Below are positions 40,421 through 54,880 of a DNA stretch of 64,000 bases, in pieces. Numbering within the stretch: position 1 is the stretch's first letter; each line of letters starts with the position of its first letter. The stretch comes from the human T2T-CHM13v2.0 reference genome, Homo sapiens. The stretch lies in the NCBI RefSeq assembly GCF_009914755.1, contig NC_060933.1. One strand, given 5' to 3'. Below the pieces are notes generated by a model. It made no database searches and was not told where the DNA came from. It saw nothing but the letters and a program-made list of their open reading frames with translations. Position numbers and translations under genes: made by a program.

Positions 40421-42205
40421 AATTGGTGATATCTTTAAATAGGTGTATATATATATATATAAATAAATATATATGCTTTTACTCTTTTATTCAGCAATTC
40501 TACCTCAAGAACTTTATCCTGAAAACACACTTTTGAAACACATTGCAAAAGCATTGAAAACTATGAATATGCCCAAATAGAAAAGACTGGTAGAATAATT
40601 ATGATATTATATGATAAATATGAATAAATTATGATACAATTACACAATTGAGTATTATACAGCTATAAAAAGTAATTAGTAAACTCCATGAAGCGATATG
40701 AAATAATTTCCAAGATGTATTATTAAGTGAAAAATGTGAAGAGAAAAATAATACATATCCAAGTGCTGTCAAGGATGTGCAGCAACAAAAACTCATTCAT
40801 TGCTGGTGAGAAAGTAAAATAGGTGACATTTTGAAAGACAATGCAGCAGTTTTTACAAAAGTAAATTAGGCTTACTATAAGATCCAGCAACTATGCTTCT
40901 AGATCTTTACCCCAATCAGCCAAACTACAACCACACAAAAACCTGCACAACATATTTGTAGCAGCAGCTTCATTCATAGTTGTAAAAAAATTGGAATGAG
41001 CCAAAATGTCTTTTAATAAGTGAATTTTTAAAAAGTAAGAACTGTGGTCCATCTGTATAATGGTTTACTATTCAGTGATAAAAAGAAATAAGCTATCAAG
41101 CTACAACAAAAATGAAGAATCCTTTAATGCCTATTACTAAGTCTATGAAATTTAAAAATATCTACAATAGTGTACCCTTTGTATAAGAAAGGTAAAATAA
41201 AAAAATAAATATGCTTATTTTTGCCAAAGGAAACACAAGAAGAATAAACCAGAGAATTATATAGGTTTTCTATAAGGGCTTAGAGTAGGGAAGGGAGGGG
41301 GGTAAAAGAGTGAAAGGATTAGGGAATGGACCCATACTTCCTTTAGTATATTTTTTAAGTATAATTTTGACCTTGAGAGCGCATAAATGTTGTATTTAGC
41401 ATACAAAAATAAGTTAAAAAGGATACCCAGAACTGAATGCAAACAAAAATAAATGTACTCAACTATATTTCACAATAATAAATAATGACACTGAAAAAGA
41501 AAGAACTAGTCCAAGGAGCTTCTGATCAAAGTATTTTGACAATACAACTTCACTATCAGTGTGGGGAGGGGATTCAAATACTTCCTGAACTTTTATTAGT
41601 AGGTTGGTTTTTGTAGTGGCATGGGGTGGCCATTCTGGGGTTACTTTATGTATATTATGTTGGACAATGAATAGATCTGTTGATATTGTTGAGAGCTAGG
41701 ACACTCACATGGAAGAAAGGAGATACAAATATGGAATGAAAGAAAGCACAGAAGAATCCTGTGAGATTGGCTTGAAGTTATCTACATAAAATAATTACAG
41801 AAAGTAATTTCATAAAGAGAAAAGGGTAAATATATATTTATATTCTATCTCTGTCCACTGAAAGGGCCTCCAAGTAATAACATCTCAGGAGCAGCAAGCA
41901 CTCTCAGAACCCAAATACTGGTTTCTAACATAGAATTTCCCATTAGAAGGAACAAAATATCCAGGAATCTTTGAAGAAATTGATTATTCCAGGTCTGATG
42001 TGGGGAAAATATAAGATGAGCCTGGGTCATCTTATTAAACCAGAAAGTAAGGAAGTTATTTTTAAGAATGATGGAGGTATTTCAAAAGGAATGGGGACTC
42101 ATCATGAAGGGGCACCTACTGGCCATATCTGGGACAATTTGAGTATCAAAATAAATGATAACAATTATAACCTATTGCATAAAATAGGAATCTATTATTC
42201 CATGT

Positions 42206-42252
42206 TAGATTAGATTAGATTAGATTAGATTAGATTAGATTGATAGATAGAT
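42206..42252 (+). repeat. (TAGAT)7 plus short (GATA)n microsatellite
   Basis: Seen directly. Confidence 0.92.
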
Positions 42253-42358
42253 AAACTGAAGAGGAGGGAATCTTCATTACATAAGATGATAACTGATGAA
42301 TGTGGAGTAGGTTGAAAATCTGTCATTTTAAACCACCACAGAAAAAATTAACTGGGGC

Positions 42359-42682
<324 letters not shown>

Positions 42683-43108
42683 CTAAATCTACTAGGGAAA
42701 ATGGATTTTTAAAAAACAGGATATTTGCATGACCTAAAAATATCTCTCACAAGTTGCTTATTAGTTGCTAGGAAAAAATAATAGCAATACAGTGGACGAA
42801 CATAAAAGCTAAGACTATAAAACTTTTAGAAGAAACATAGGACAATATCATCACACCACTGAGGTTGACAGATTCAGATTTCTTAGCTAGGACTCAAAAT
42901 ATACTAACAAAAAAGTTATAAACTAGATTTCCTCAAAATTAAAAGCTTCTGCTCATCACATAACACTACTAATAAAACAAAAAGCAAGCCACAGCCTGGA
43001 AAAAATGTTCACAATATATCTGACAAATGACTTATAAACAATATATAAGGAACTCTTGCAATTCAATAACAAGAAAACAAACACTCAAATTAAAAAGTGG
43101 CAAAAGAT

Positions 43109-43930
43109 AAAAAGTGGGCCAAGGATATGAACAGACATTGCTCAAGAGAAGACATTTATGTGGCCAACAAACATGAAAAAAGCTCATCATCACTGGTCAT
43201 TAGAGAAACGCTCATCAAAACCACAATGAGATACCATCTCATGCCAGTTTGAATGGCGATCATTAAAAAGTCAGGAAATAACAGATTCTGGAGAGGATGT
43301 GGAGAAATAGAAATGCTTTTACACTGTTGGTGGGAATGTACATTAGTTCAACCATTGTGGAAGACAGTGTGGTGATTCCTCAAGGATCTACAATCAGAAA
43401 TACCATTTGACCCATCAATCCCATTACTGGGTATATGCCCAAAGGATTACAAATCATTCTACTACAAAGACACATGCACACGTATGTTTACTGCAGCACT
43501 ATTCACAATAGCAAAGACTTGGAACCAACCCAAATTCCCATCGATGATAGACTGGATAAAGAAAATGTGGCACATATACATCATGGAATACTATGCAGCC
43601 ATAAAAAAGAATGAGTTCATGTCCTTTGCGGGGACATGGATGAAGCTGGAAACCATCATTCTCCGCAAACAAACACAGCAACAGAAAACCAAACACCGCA
43701 TATTCTCACTCATAAGTGGGAGTTGAACATGAGAATACATGGACACAGAGAGGGGAACATCACACACCAGGGCCTGTCGGGGGGTGGGGGGCAAGGGGAA
43801 GGAGAGCATTAGGAGAAATACCTAATGTAGATGATGGGTTGATGGGTGCAGCAAGCCACCATGGTACACATATACCTATGTAACAAACCTGCATGTTCTG
43901 CATATGTATCCCAGCACTTAAAGTATAATA
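43109..43930 (+). mobile_element. 5'-truncated L1PA (L1PA6-8 type) with TSD
   Basis: ORF2 end (MFTAALFTIAKTWNQPK...) and primate 3' UTR. 17-bp TSD aaaaagtggcaaaagat (43092-43108) / aaaaagtgacaaaagat (43931-43947). Confidence 0.95.
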
Positions 43931-44505
43931 AAAAAGTGACAAAAGATGTGTACAGTTATATGACAAAAGAAGATATATAAATGTTTAATAACCACATAAA
44001 ATATGCTGAATATTATTGGTTTTCAGGGAAATGCAAATTAAAATTACAAATTACACCACACATCCGCTAGAATGGCTCACCTTGAAAAGGCTGACAACAT
44101 AAAATATTGGCAGATGTGGACCAACTGGAAGTCTTAACCTTACCAATAGTATACTATGGGAAATTGTTTAGCACATTTTTCTTAAAATGCTTGTTAAAAG
44201 ACTTAGCAATAGCACACAAATATGTTATCAAAATAAATGAAAGCATATATTCTTTAAAAGAATTGTACAAGAATATTCATAGCAGTTTTACTCACTCCAA
44301 AATTGGAAACAACAATTTCTACCAACAGATATGTGGATATAAAAATTATATGACATATTCATACAATGGAATGCCACTCAACAATAAAAAGAAATGAATT
44401 ATTGATGCATAAAACAAGGATGAATCGTTAAAGTATCCAACTGTACACTTAAAATCTACAGACTTTAAAAAATTGTTTAATTTGCATGCAATAAAGTTAA
44501 CAACA
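43931..44505 (+). mobile_element. continuation of the old L1M after the L1PA insertion
   Basis: aaagaagatatataaatg...cagggaaatgcaaattaaaattacaa...caatggaatgccactcaacaataaaaagaaatgaa. Confidence 0.8.
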
Positions 44506-45821
44506 AAATCTTGACCCTTCTTGTTATGCTCATTTTTACTCTTTGTCTCTGCATCTCACTGTGTCCTGGGTTTTAGGAGTTTGCTGCTTCTATAGTCTTA
44601 GGGGTGTACTTTAAGAAATAAAATAATGCAAGTACAAAATTAGGCACCGGGCCTCATTAAATTGCATTAGCTTTCTGGTAAACCATACAGAGTGCTAAAC
44701 TCTTTGCAAGGGAGCTAGTGTCACTAACAGCTGTTGTAAACTAGAAAAACAAAAGATAAAAAGAATTTTAACTGGAAAGAGGTGCCTTTGGGAAAGAGGT
44801 TCCATTGGCCAAGAGCCAAGGGAAGCAGGGAGTAGCTCACAGGAAAGAGGTTAGCCTCAGATAAAGTAATGAGAGAAAATATAAAAATTAAGAGGAGTGG
44901 TATCTTCATCTTGTTGTCTTGGCTGAAACAGAAAAGCAAAGAGAGACAACCAGCAGCTGTGTACAGAAGGGAACAGAGTAGGGGTGGGAGGTAGAAGTAC
45001 TATCTGCTTTTGGAAAAACCTCATTGATTGGGATGGGGAGTGAGGATCACGACAGAGAATCTGTTTCGTATTTTTATTTTCTGGGCACGGATAGTCAGGA
45101 TACAACATTGCTCTCACCACTTAGAAATGTGGCACAAACTATGAGTGAACTCTGATGAGAGAAACTGACATTTCTGATACGTTAGGAAATCTGGTTATTA
45201 AACAAATCCCAAAAGGGGAGGGAGCTTCCCAATAATGAAAAGGTAAGTCATATGTGCTGACTATATATTCTGCTTTTCACAAATAGCTCTGATATATTCC
45301 TTTTGTTCCAATATCATGTTTGGTTTAGCATTTTAGTGGTTGAAGTTATCCCCACCTGGACAATAAATCATATGATCACCTAAGAATAATGTTGCTAGAA
45401 AGGTTAACCATGATAGCAAATGTAAAAATGTTGATATATGATAGACATTCAGTTACTGTTAGTTGTTCCTGTAACTCTCCTTAGAACCCTTTCATCAGTA
45501 GTACCCTCATAAGCATCTGCAGTTTTCCCCCGCAAAGAGTTGAGGTTTTCTTGTTTTGTTTTCTGACAAAGCATAGAAAAGCTCTTTGTCCATAGATTTT
45601 ACTTAGTTCTCTTCAATTTTTTAGTTAATTTACTTGCCATTATTGAAATACACTATTATCATGCTTGACACAGTGGTTGATTTTAAATTTTTCAAAGCTT
45701 TTACATGGATACTGTGGTTAGTTTTAAAATCACAAAATAAACATTTTGAATAGCTTAATTTTTTGCTCCCCAGACAATAAATTCATCATCTGTAATTTAA
45801 CACGATATTTAAGAGACGTTA

Positions 45822-45940
45822 GGCCAGGTGAGGTGGCTCATGCCTGTAACTCCAGAACTTTGGGAGCCTGATGGATCGCTTGAGGCCAGGTGTTTGAGAC
45901 CAGCCTGGGCAACATAGTGAGGCCTCGTGTTTATTAAAAA
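45822..45940 (+). mobile_element. FLAM / Alu left monomer followed by an AT-rich tract
   Basis: ggccaggtgaggtggctcatgcctgtaa...gaccagcctgggcaacatagtgag. Confidence 0.85.
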
Positions 45941-46730
45941 CATTTTGATTAAAAATAAATTAAATGAAAAATAATACTAAAATAATTTTAATTAAAATTT
46001 TAAATTAAAACTTTTAAATTAAAATTGCATTTATTAGGTTTTAACACCTTACATTTAAAGATGTTATTGATTGCTTATTTCTTGAAAAGTTGAGAAGATA
46101 CACATTCCCTGCAAATAGGGCTGATTGATTTGCACTAAGAAATAGTATGTTCCTCTCTGGTTGAGAAAAAAGTTAAAATGAACAACTCCCATGAGCTTTA
46201 AGGAATATTTTCTTTTTAGACAAAAGTGACAAATGACCTAAAGAAATAAAAAAAATTGTTATTTTCTGATTATTGGCAAACAGCTTAAAGTGTGAAGCTC
46301 CTAAAAAGAAAATTATTTTTGCCCTATTGAGAATTTAAAAGTTACACATACACAGAGACACATTTCAGTGCGCAATGAAACTAATAATTTAAATAAATGT
46401 TAATTATTTAGAAATTACCCAGAAAAAGTTTTGTGGCTTGTCTATGAATCATTGCTACATTTGATGAACAGTTGCTACAGCTACTAGTCTTTAAATTTTT
46501 TGTGATTGAATATCTCACAGCAGCACAATTCAGTTACTCCACTACTTTCTCCTGTATAGTTGTTGCTGTGCTAAGTCCTTTCATAAACAGTATGTAACTC
46601 ATTTAATCTGCAAACTAACCCAGAAAGAAAAGCAGACTTTTCCCATTTTTTTTTTTTTGCAGATAGAGAAATTGTTTCAAAAATTCTGTCATTTTCATAG
46701 TTTGGTAGTTGACTTTTCTGAAAACAGTTT

Positions 46731-47059
46731 ATTTATTTATATATATATTTATTTATTTATTTATTTTTTATTTTTTGAGACTGAGTCTCATTCTGTCACC
46801 TAGGCTGGAGTGCAGTGTCGCAATCTCCGCTCACTGCAGCCTCAGCCTCCTGGGTTCAAGCGATTGCCTCAGCCTCCCGAGTACCTGGGATTACAGGTGC
46901 CCCCTACCAAGCCAGGCTAATTTTTTTTTTCGTATTTTTACTGGAAGTGGGGTTTCACCATGTTGGCCAGGCTGGTCTCAAACTCCCGGCCTCAAATGAG
47001 CCACCCACCTAATCCTCCCAAAGTGCTGGGATTACAGGCATGAGCCACTGTGCCCAGCC
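46731..47059 (-). mobile_element. Alu (old S or Jb type), full-length, with (TAAA)n tail
   Basis: Antisense dimeric Alu ending gagccactgtgcccagcc, flanked by agtttt on both sides. Confidence 0.93.
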
Positions 47060-48078
47060 AGTTTTGATTATTTATGACAGAATGAGAATGTAAGTTAGTT
47101 ATTCCTAGAATGGCCACTGATCTGTTTTGTGAAATTTCCTGAACAAAGCTATTGAAGATCAGTTAAGTTAGCCAACATGTGAAATCAAAAGCAAATCAAA
47201 CATGCTGTGCTTTAAATTCCCCCTTCCTGGGCTTCAAGTACACTGTATGCTCAAGAACATCACCTGGCTCATATTAGGGCTAGAAAAGTACTACATTCTT
47301 CTGAAGATTGCCTGCTCCAATGGTAATTCAGATTAGAAAATAAGAGATGGAGATAATGTGAATCCAAAAATGCATCTTTTATCAGTATTATGATGGCTCT
47401 GAAATTACCTCTCTACTATCCAAGAATCCATATATAATTTAAATCAGTCTTTGACTGAGAAAATTATAAAACTACATATTTTCAATATCAGGACCTTGTA
47501 CTGTTTTGAAAGCTCAGTAGAAGAGAGGCAATCTGGTAGAGCCAGGGGAACTCCCACCTTAAATCACAATGGAAATGTACATTTTTAGAGGCTTCATCAG
47601 AGCTGAGCAGATTAAGACTCACAGAGCAATTCACATTCCAGAAAACCAGCAAAGAGAAATTCCACTAAGAAGACTTCAGCATAACGTTCAGTAAATCGTT
47701 TCCTTAAATGGAGATTGAATTTAGGTTTTTAAAACCCCAAGATATTTTATAATATTTTAACGGTGTACGTTTGCCAAAACCAAAACAAATCAAAACCTAC
47801 ATGTAAAGTTAATGAATGCTCTTTCATAGGTCCATTTTAAAATACGATTACAATCAACAATCATTCAAATGTCTTTTCTTTTGACCAATGTCAAAATATA
47901 TTTGAAAGGGAGCCTCAGAAACTATTAGACTATGTTGTGAAATCTTTCCCCCACGTGAATTCTTACACTCTGCTACAGAACTGGGACCTGTTCATCTCGT
48001 TGAACAGACTACCAAATCCTCCACACCACTATTGGACTCTGGGGAAGAAAAGTGATAACATGGAAGCCTGGGATCCAT

Positions 48079-48177
48079 CACTCCATCATAATAGTGTTCT
48101 CATTGTAAGTGCATATATATAGACACTCCATCATAATAATGATCTCATTGTAAGTGCATATATATATATATATATAG
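48079..48177. repeat. 45-bp tandem duplication with (TA)n expansion in copy 2
   Basis: cactccatcataatagtgttctcattgtaagtgcatatatatag at 48079 and a copy with 2 mismatches at 48124. Confidence 0.93.
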
Positions 48178-48699
48178 GCCTAAAAAATGACCTGTGTAGA
48201 AGTTAAAAAATTAACATTTGCTCTGACTTAAGGGTACTACTAATTATACACACTCTATGGATTGGAGACTGTATCAAATGGATTCTTCTAAAATCTTGCT
48301 ATTTATGATTTGTCCTATCTGGAGAAATCATGAGATGTTTCCACAAATAAATGAGCAAATATCTCACAGTCTATGAAAAGAAGTCACAATTTATATACTG
48401 TTTCAATTTAATCTCTTCAAGGTATTTCATGTCAAGTACTAGTCAATCATGACAACAGAACTGTAGGTCATTACATAGAAACTAGTTTTCATAAAAATTC
48501 TTCTTCGATGGCACTATCCCCAATCTTTCAATACTCCAGTTAGTTTGCTAATTCCTGGTTTATCAATGTTCCAATGACAATGCAGATTCTAAACTGCAAA
48601 AAAATCTCTAGTTGTCGTCTGACTAGTTCCTAAATACAATAGGTGGATCGCTTCCCTTGATTGTGAAATTATACTTCCACCTAAGGCTGTTCCTGTAGT

Positions 48700-48990
48700 C
48701 TTAAGTTTGCATTTTCAGTTTCACAGAATAATTGAACTGTTGACTCACATGAAGATTTGTATCACCTAAAATCCTCAGATATTTCACATGAAGTGTTGTC
48801 AAATATAATTGACCAAGTCCAATGCTTTTACATTGATTTTTGAATTTTTCCTTTCATTCTAGTTCAATTTATTTTGTTGACTTGGATTTCTTCTTCCATC
48901 ATATGAAATTGCCAGCTCTGTCATCTAACTTCAAGTCATTTGCCAAGCTTTATGTCATCCCAAATTTAATAAGCTTTATCTTTAGTCATA
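48700..48990 (-). mobile_element. CR1/L3 LINE remnant
   Basis: Reverse strand gcttattaaatttgggatgacataaagcttggc resembles the CR1 RT motif LIKFADDTKLG. Confidence 0.6.
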
Positions 48991-49669
48991 CAGCAGAAAG
49001 ATGTACCTTCCAGTGAGAACATTTGAAAGATCAATGGTAACTGGTGTGGAAGATATTTTGGGGAGGGGGCGATAGTTCTATAAATACCCTGGCAATTAGG
49101 CTATGTTGATATCTACCTCCATGCTCATAAAGCAACTATTTCTAAAACTTTCTGGAAATTAGGAATGACTAAAAACAAAGGCCTTTTTGATTTGGAATCC
49201 AAGACTGAAAAGGCCAAGAGTGTGACAGGATCTGATTGGGTGATCTTTTCTTAAAGTCATCCTTTTTAAAGGTGAACCTGATGAGCTGTCCTGAATAAGT
49301 TAATATGAAAACATTTTTCTTGTAGATTGTTGTCAATTTGTTTGGCCCTGTTACTAAACTCACTAGAGCTATAAAGTATTGGGTTATGGAATACAACCAG
49401 AGTGTTGGCTTTATTATGGCTAACCAGCTACTATCTATTTAGAAAATCAGCCTTAGTTTAGACTGTAAGCTTAGGTACACAGCGTTAAGGCTGTAATTGG
49501 ATTCACGTGAACAAATTTAGCGATTGTTGCAATGTTGTCTGCCTTATTACACACTTCTTTCTGAAACAATGATTCTATAACCTAGATGATAATTGAAAAG
49601 AAGGAAGGGGACAGCTATAAATGGCAAAAACTGAATGATCGAAACTATATATATGATTAGTGAAAGAAT

Positions 49670-50460
<791 letters not shown>

Positions 50461-51269
50461 AAAATTTTCAAAGGAAAACTGACTTAATTTCTCCCATGAG
50501 TATTCTTAAAGCAACTCAAATATAGTATAACTTCATATAGTTATTCATTATATTCAACTTATTTTTCCCTGGAAAGAATAGCACAGAGATGTCACTGAGG
50601 TTATTGAAAATGATGATTCTCTGTTTATGTTCTTTTAGAGTTACTTACTGAAAAAAAAATGGGATATGCTATTCCAGCATTTGACCTAGGCAGTTAGTGC
50701 AAAATATTCGCATATAGTGTCAGAATACTAACAGGCACTTGGTCACATGGTTCACATGCAAAAGAAAGCACCTAAATGAACATTATTCATCCTATAATGC
50801 AGCTTTTTGCCACAAGTCTTTATAAATACTTCCTAAACTATGTATTTTTTTCAAACAAAGAAACAGGTCCTGCCATGTCACTTTAGTATCTCTTCCAGTT
50901 GTTTCCCTGGCTGGCCCAACCACTACCAGATTTTCCCAGAATTTCTAGCCTTTGTCTATCTCAGGCACCACCAAAACCAAAGTCTACCAGAGTGGGAAGC
51001 TCCCTTGGAGGTGTAACCTTTCATATTTAACTCAGCTCTTTTCCTGCCCGCTTCCAACACGATTCGAAACTCCCAGGTGGGGCCTCAGAACCACCTGCCT
51101 CCACACAGGTCTCCTGGAGTCAAACTATCCTGGCTTCAAAACCACTTTGTTCATAATATAAATATCCAGGTCCCATCCCACACCAACCAAATCAGAATCA
51201 CAACTGATGTTCAAGCAGCCAGATTGGCACCAGCCCAAAGTTTAACAGCTGGCTCTAGATTCTTACCAC

Positions 51270-51570
51270 CTGCTCTCTCTGCTTGAAATAACCTTCAGGT
51301 CATATTCATCCTTCAGGTTACTGCTTAAATTTTACTCCTTCTCCAATGCACCACCCCACCCTCACATGTTCTGACTATTCCCAACCTGTGTCAGCATTTC
51401 TCACGCTGTATTTTAAGTGCTATTTGACTCCCTATGTTCCTCTACACTACACTAAAAACGCTGTGGAGGCAGGAACTGGACTTCCCTTGATTACATTATT
51501 TCCTTAGTGTTTGGAACAGTGACTGGCGGTTAGTACACAGTAAATAATGGTTGAGTAAATGGGTGAATGC
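51270..51570 (+). mobile_element. L2 3' end
   Basis: tcatccttcaggttactgcttaaat...ggaggcaggaact...gaacagtgactggc...gtaaataatggttgagtaaatgggtgaatg. Confidence 0.7.
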
Positions 51571-51649
51571 ATAAAGGTAAGAGATGTCCAAGGCCCCTAC
51601 TGTCCCCTGGCTTTTCCTTCTCACTGAATGTCTCTATATCTATCCATGG

Positions 51650-51810
51650 CAGAGTTAGGCTGCAGGGGTTAAGGGCAATCAACAGTCAGGGCATCTCATC
51701 ACTACCTGTGTTGCCTAGGGCGAATGACTTCAACCTTCTGTGGTCTCTTTCCTTTGCCAAAATTGTATAAAGATTAATGATAGAAAACACTTAGAATAGT
51801 GTCTGTCAAT
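51650..51810 (+). mobile_element. MIR fragment
   Basis: actacctgtgttgcctagggcgaatgacttcaaccttctgtggtctc. Confidence 0.55.
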
Positions 51811-52059
51811 TGGAATGTGTTTCTTATTATCCTTGACAGATATCGCTCTTTGTTTTTATTATAGTCCTCTGTACCCAGTTCAGACCCCAAACCTAAGTTT
51901 CCCTTCTTTTGTAAATATTTGGCAGTTTTATAAAATAAAGCTTCCCCAGTGTTGAGGGCTGCATATTCTTCATGAATCATCTACCACATATATTGGTGAA
52001 CAGAAAGTTGTAAACATCCTTAACCACAGTAGTTTCTAGCCAAAAAGGAGTTTAGAAAA

Positions 52060-52180
52060 CATCTGGTTTCATCTGAAAGATGAGGGATTTGCCTAAGCCA
52101 CAGATGGTTGGTGACAAAGCTTGGCCTAGAACCCAGCTCTTCTGTCTCCCAATCTTTCTATTCCATCTCATGGCCTCTCA
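52060..52180 (-). mobile_element. MIR fragment
   Basis: gatttgcctaagccacagatggttggtgacaaagcttggcctagaacccagctcttctgtctccca. Confidence 0.6.
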
Positions 52181-53335
52181 TCTCAAGCACTGCAGACTAT
52201 TTTAAGATCCAGGCCACTCATCATATGCTGTAACTGTAGCCCTTCTCTGTTATTTCCGTATGCTTTCCTCTCTCCGCTCCTGAAATTTTGTTCATGTTTT
52301 GCTGACATTTGAGATTCTGATGCATGAACAGTCTAACCACTGTCAACCCTCACTCCCCAAAACTCTGGGAGAGAGTCAATAGGGAGGTACACAAGCAAGT
52401 TGCAATAGGCCACAGAGAATGTCCAGCTACAAGAAGACTCGTCCTGTAATAAGTGAGGAACACAGATAAAGGTTGTCAGATGCCACCTTATCAATGACTC
52501 TATTTTGTGACTTGGCAGACCCCAAAGATACTCCCCGCATCCCATCCACCCACACACTCATTAGGTACACGACTCAAACCTCACTGTGGAGACTTTAAAC
52601 AAGCTTCGATGGGACCCGCTTCATAACCAAGACACTTAGAACTATGCATTTCCCACAGCTTATTTATCCAATTACAACTTATCCTTTGACAGAATTTTAA
52701 AAGTTATTTTATTTCAAAAGATACCTGAGTAATAATCAAATACACAGCTTGTCAGCTTTTCAATTAATCCTTAATTTTTCATCATCAACTTACACAGAAT
52801 CATTATTTGTAATCACATGATGTTCCTTGTAATATATTCTTAAATCTTGAGACATCCCTGCCACCGAAATGTCTTATTCTACTTATTTCTAAGTTATCCT
52901 CTGTCCTCTGTCACAATTACTACCAGGATGATGCCATATCCTATATAAAATGCTCCAGTTAGGTAAAAGGGCTTGGTTTGTATTTCTGCCCCTGTGCTTA
53001 CAACAAATCTGTTTCACTTCTTTCCACAAGGTGGCAAAGGTAAGTAGAGGCCTCAAATCAATGAACCATAAATGTCCTTGTAGCTCCTTTTCCAAATAGT
53101 ATCTCTCTGTTATTCAAACATTCTTAACACGTAAATTATTTGTTTTACATCTATAGTCAGATCTTTCTTAGTTCTTTGAGCTGCTAACCTTTCTTAAACT
53201 CCTGGCAACTTATGAAAAGAAGTGTCTCCGTTTCAAATGTTAAATGGGAACATAATTAGCCACTGGTACCCATTGCCATATGTTTTCTTGTCTTTTTCCT
53301 TCCAATCTCATGGTTCAATTGCAATTAATGGTTCC

Positions 53336-53787
53336 TGTTATACATTGAATTACATCCTCCAAAAAGATATGTCCAGGTCCTAACTCCTGGTATCTGTCAA
53401 TGTGAGCTTATTTGGAAAAAGTTTTTTAGAGATATGATCAAGTTATTATAAAATGAGGATTAGAGTGAGCACTAACCCAATGTCTGGTTTTCTTTTAAGA
53501 GGGAAATTTGGATACAGACTCACAAAGAAGAGAATGCCATGTAAAGACAGAGGCAAAAATTGAAGTCATGTTTCTACAAGCCAAGAAAGGCCATGGGCTG
53601 ACAGCAACCACCAGAACCTAGGAGAGAGGCATGGAACAGATACCCACTCAGACTTTCAGAAGAATCCAGCCCCACTGACAACTGGATTTCAGACTTGAAG
53701 TCCAGATCTGTGAGAAAATAAGTTTCTGTCATTTTCAGCCACTCAGTGTGTAGTCATTTCTTACGGCAGCCCTAGGAAGCCGATAGA
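53336..53787 (+). mobile_element. MLT1C-like solo LTR, apparently nested in an older MLT1 LTR (~53270-54000)
   Basis: tgttatacattgaattacatcctccaaaaagatatgtcc...ctacaagccaag...ggcagccctaggaagccgataga. 5-bp TSD gttcc / gtccc. Confidence 0.87.
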
Positions 53788-54362
53788 GTCCCCCTGTGGT
53801 TATTTGAGGCCATGTGACTATTTCTCTCCAACAAGGTAAAAGGAAGTACATGTATTATTTGTGGGCAAGAACTACCAAAGGAAGACCCTCTGGCTTGGGT
53901 CTCTAACAACCCGCCATGGATGTGGATACAGAGCATGAGCTAGGGCAAAACGTTTGTTCTTCATAAAGCATTAATATTTAGATTTTCACCACAGTAAAAC
54001 ACAAAATATTCCATTTTTTTTCCAGGGATTAAATTATATCCCTTAAAAGAAAATAATATTTTGAAAAAAAAATAAGATTTTTATTAGACAAGTAAAACTT
54101 CTATTAAAGTCTGAATGATCTAAACCATTACACTTAGAAAAAGCACACTTCAGGAAAAACAATCTGCAAGCTAGCGAGTGGTTGATTGGGCTTCAATGCG
54201 TTCTCATTCCTGAAGGAAATCCCAAATCATGAAACTTCAGGCAATAACCAGCAGGTGGGTCTCTCTGCCACTCTTGACATCAAGCCAAGCAGGTGATTCC
54301 ATTCAACGAATGGAAACAGCTACTTTTACTGTAGCCCTGTATATCATATGCTTTTAACGGAA

Positions 54363-54550
54363 TTTTTTTAAACTTTTATTTTAAGTTCAGGGGTACATGT
54401 GCAGGTTTGTTACATAGGTAAACTTGTGTTATGGGGGTCTGTGGTATGGATTATTTCATCATCCTGGTGTTAAGCCTAGTACCCATTAATTATTCTTTCC
54501 ACCCCCCAATAGGCCCCAGTGTGTGTTGTTTCCCTGTATGCATCCAGGTG
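54363..54550 (-). mobile_element. short L1PA13-16-like 3' end with TSD
   Basis: ttttaagttcaggggtacatgtgcaggtttgttacataggtaaacttgtg. TSD-like tttaacggaa / tttaatggaa. Confidence 0.88.
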
Positions 54551-54629
54551 TTTAATGGAACCATTTTTGTATGGTGTCTGTGACCCACACAACCCATACA
54601 GAAAACTCAGAAGTTACTGTCTCTATGCT

Positions 54630-54880
54630 ATGAGACTGTAAAATAGAGACGTAGTTAGGAGGATGGGCCTGAATTCAAACCTCAGCTTCTTTCTATCTTT
54701 ATGAGGCACATTACTTCACTTAGCTAAGCCTGTGTTTTAACAACTGTAAAAATGGGGATAATAATTTCATTCAGTTACTGTGGAAGTTAAAGGAGATAAT
54801 CCATGAAAACCACTGGGGTTGGTATCTGGCCCATAGTAATTTCTCTATTAATGCTAGCAATTGTTATTGTGAAGAGAACT
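54630..54880 (+). mobile_element. MIR SINE
   Basis: cctgaattcaaacctcagct...ttacttcacttagctaagcctgtg...ctgtaaaaatggggataataat. Confidence 0.75.

Noticed and set aside
45180-45250. Consensus + strand donor AAG|gtaagt near an NF-kB-like gggagcttccc
   Set aside because: A single 9-mer at chance frequency, with no good acceptor or core promoter upstream.
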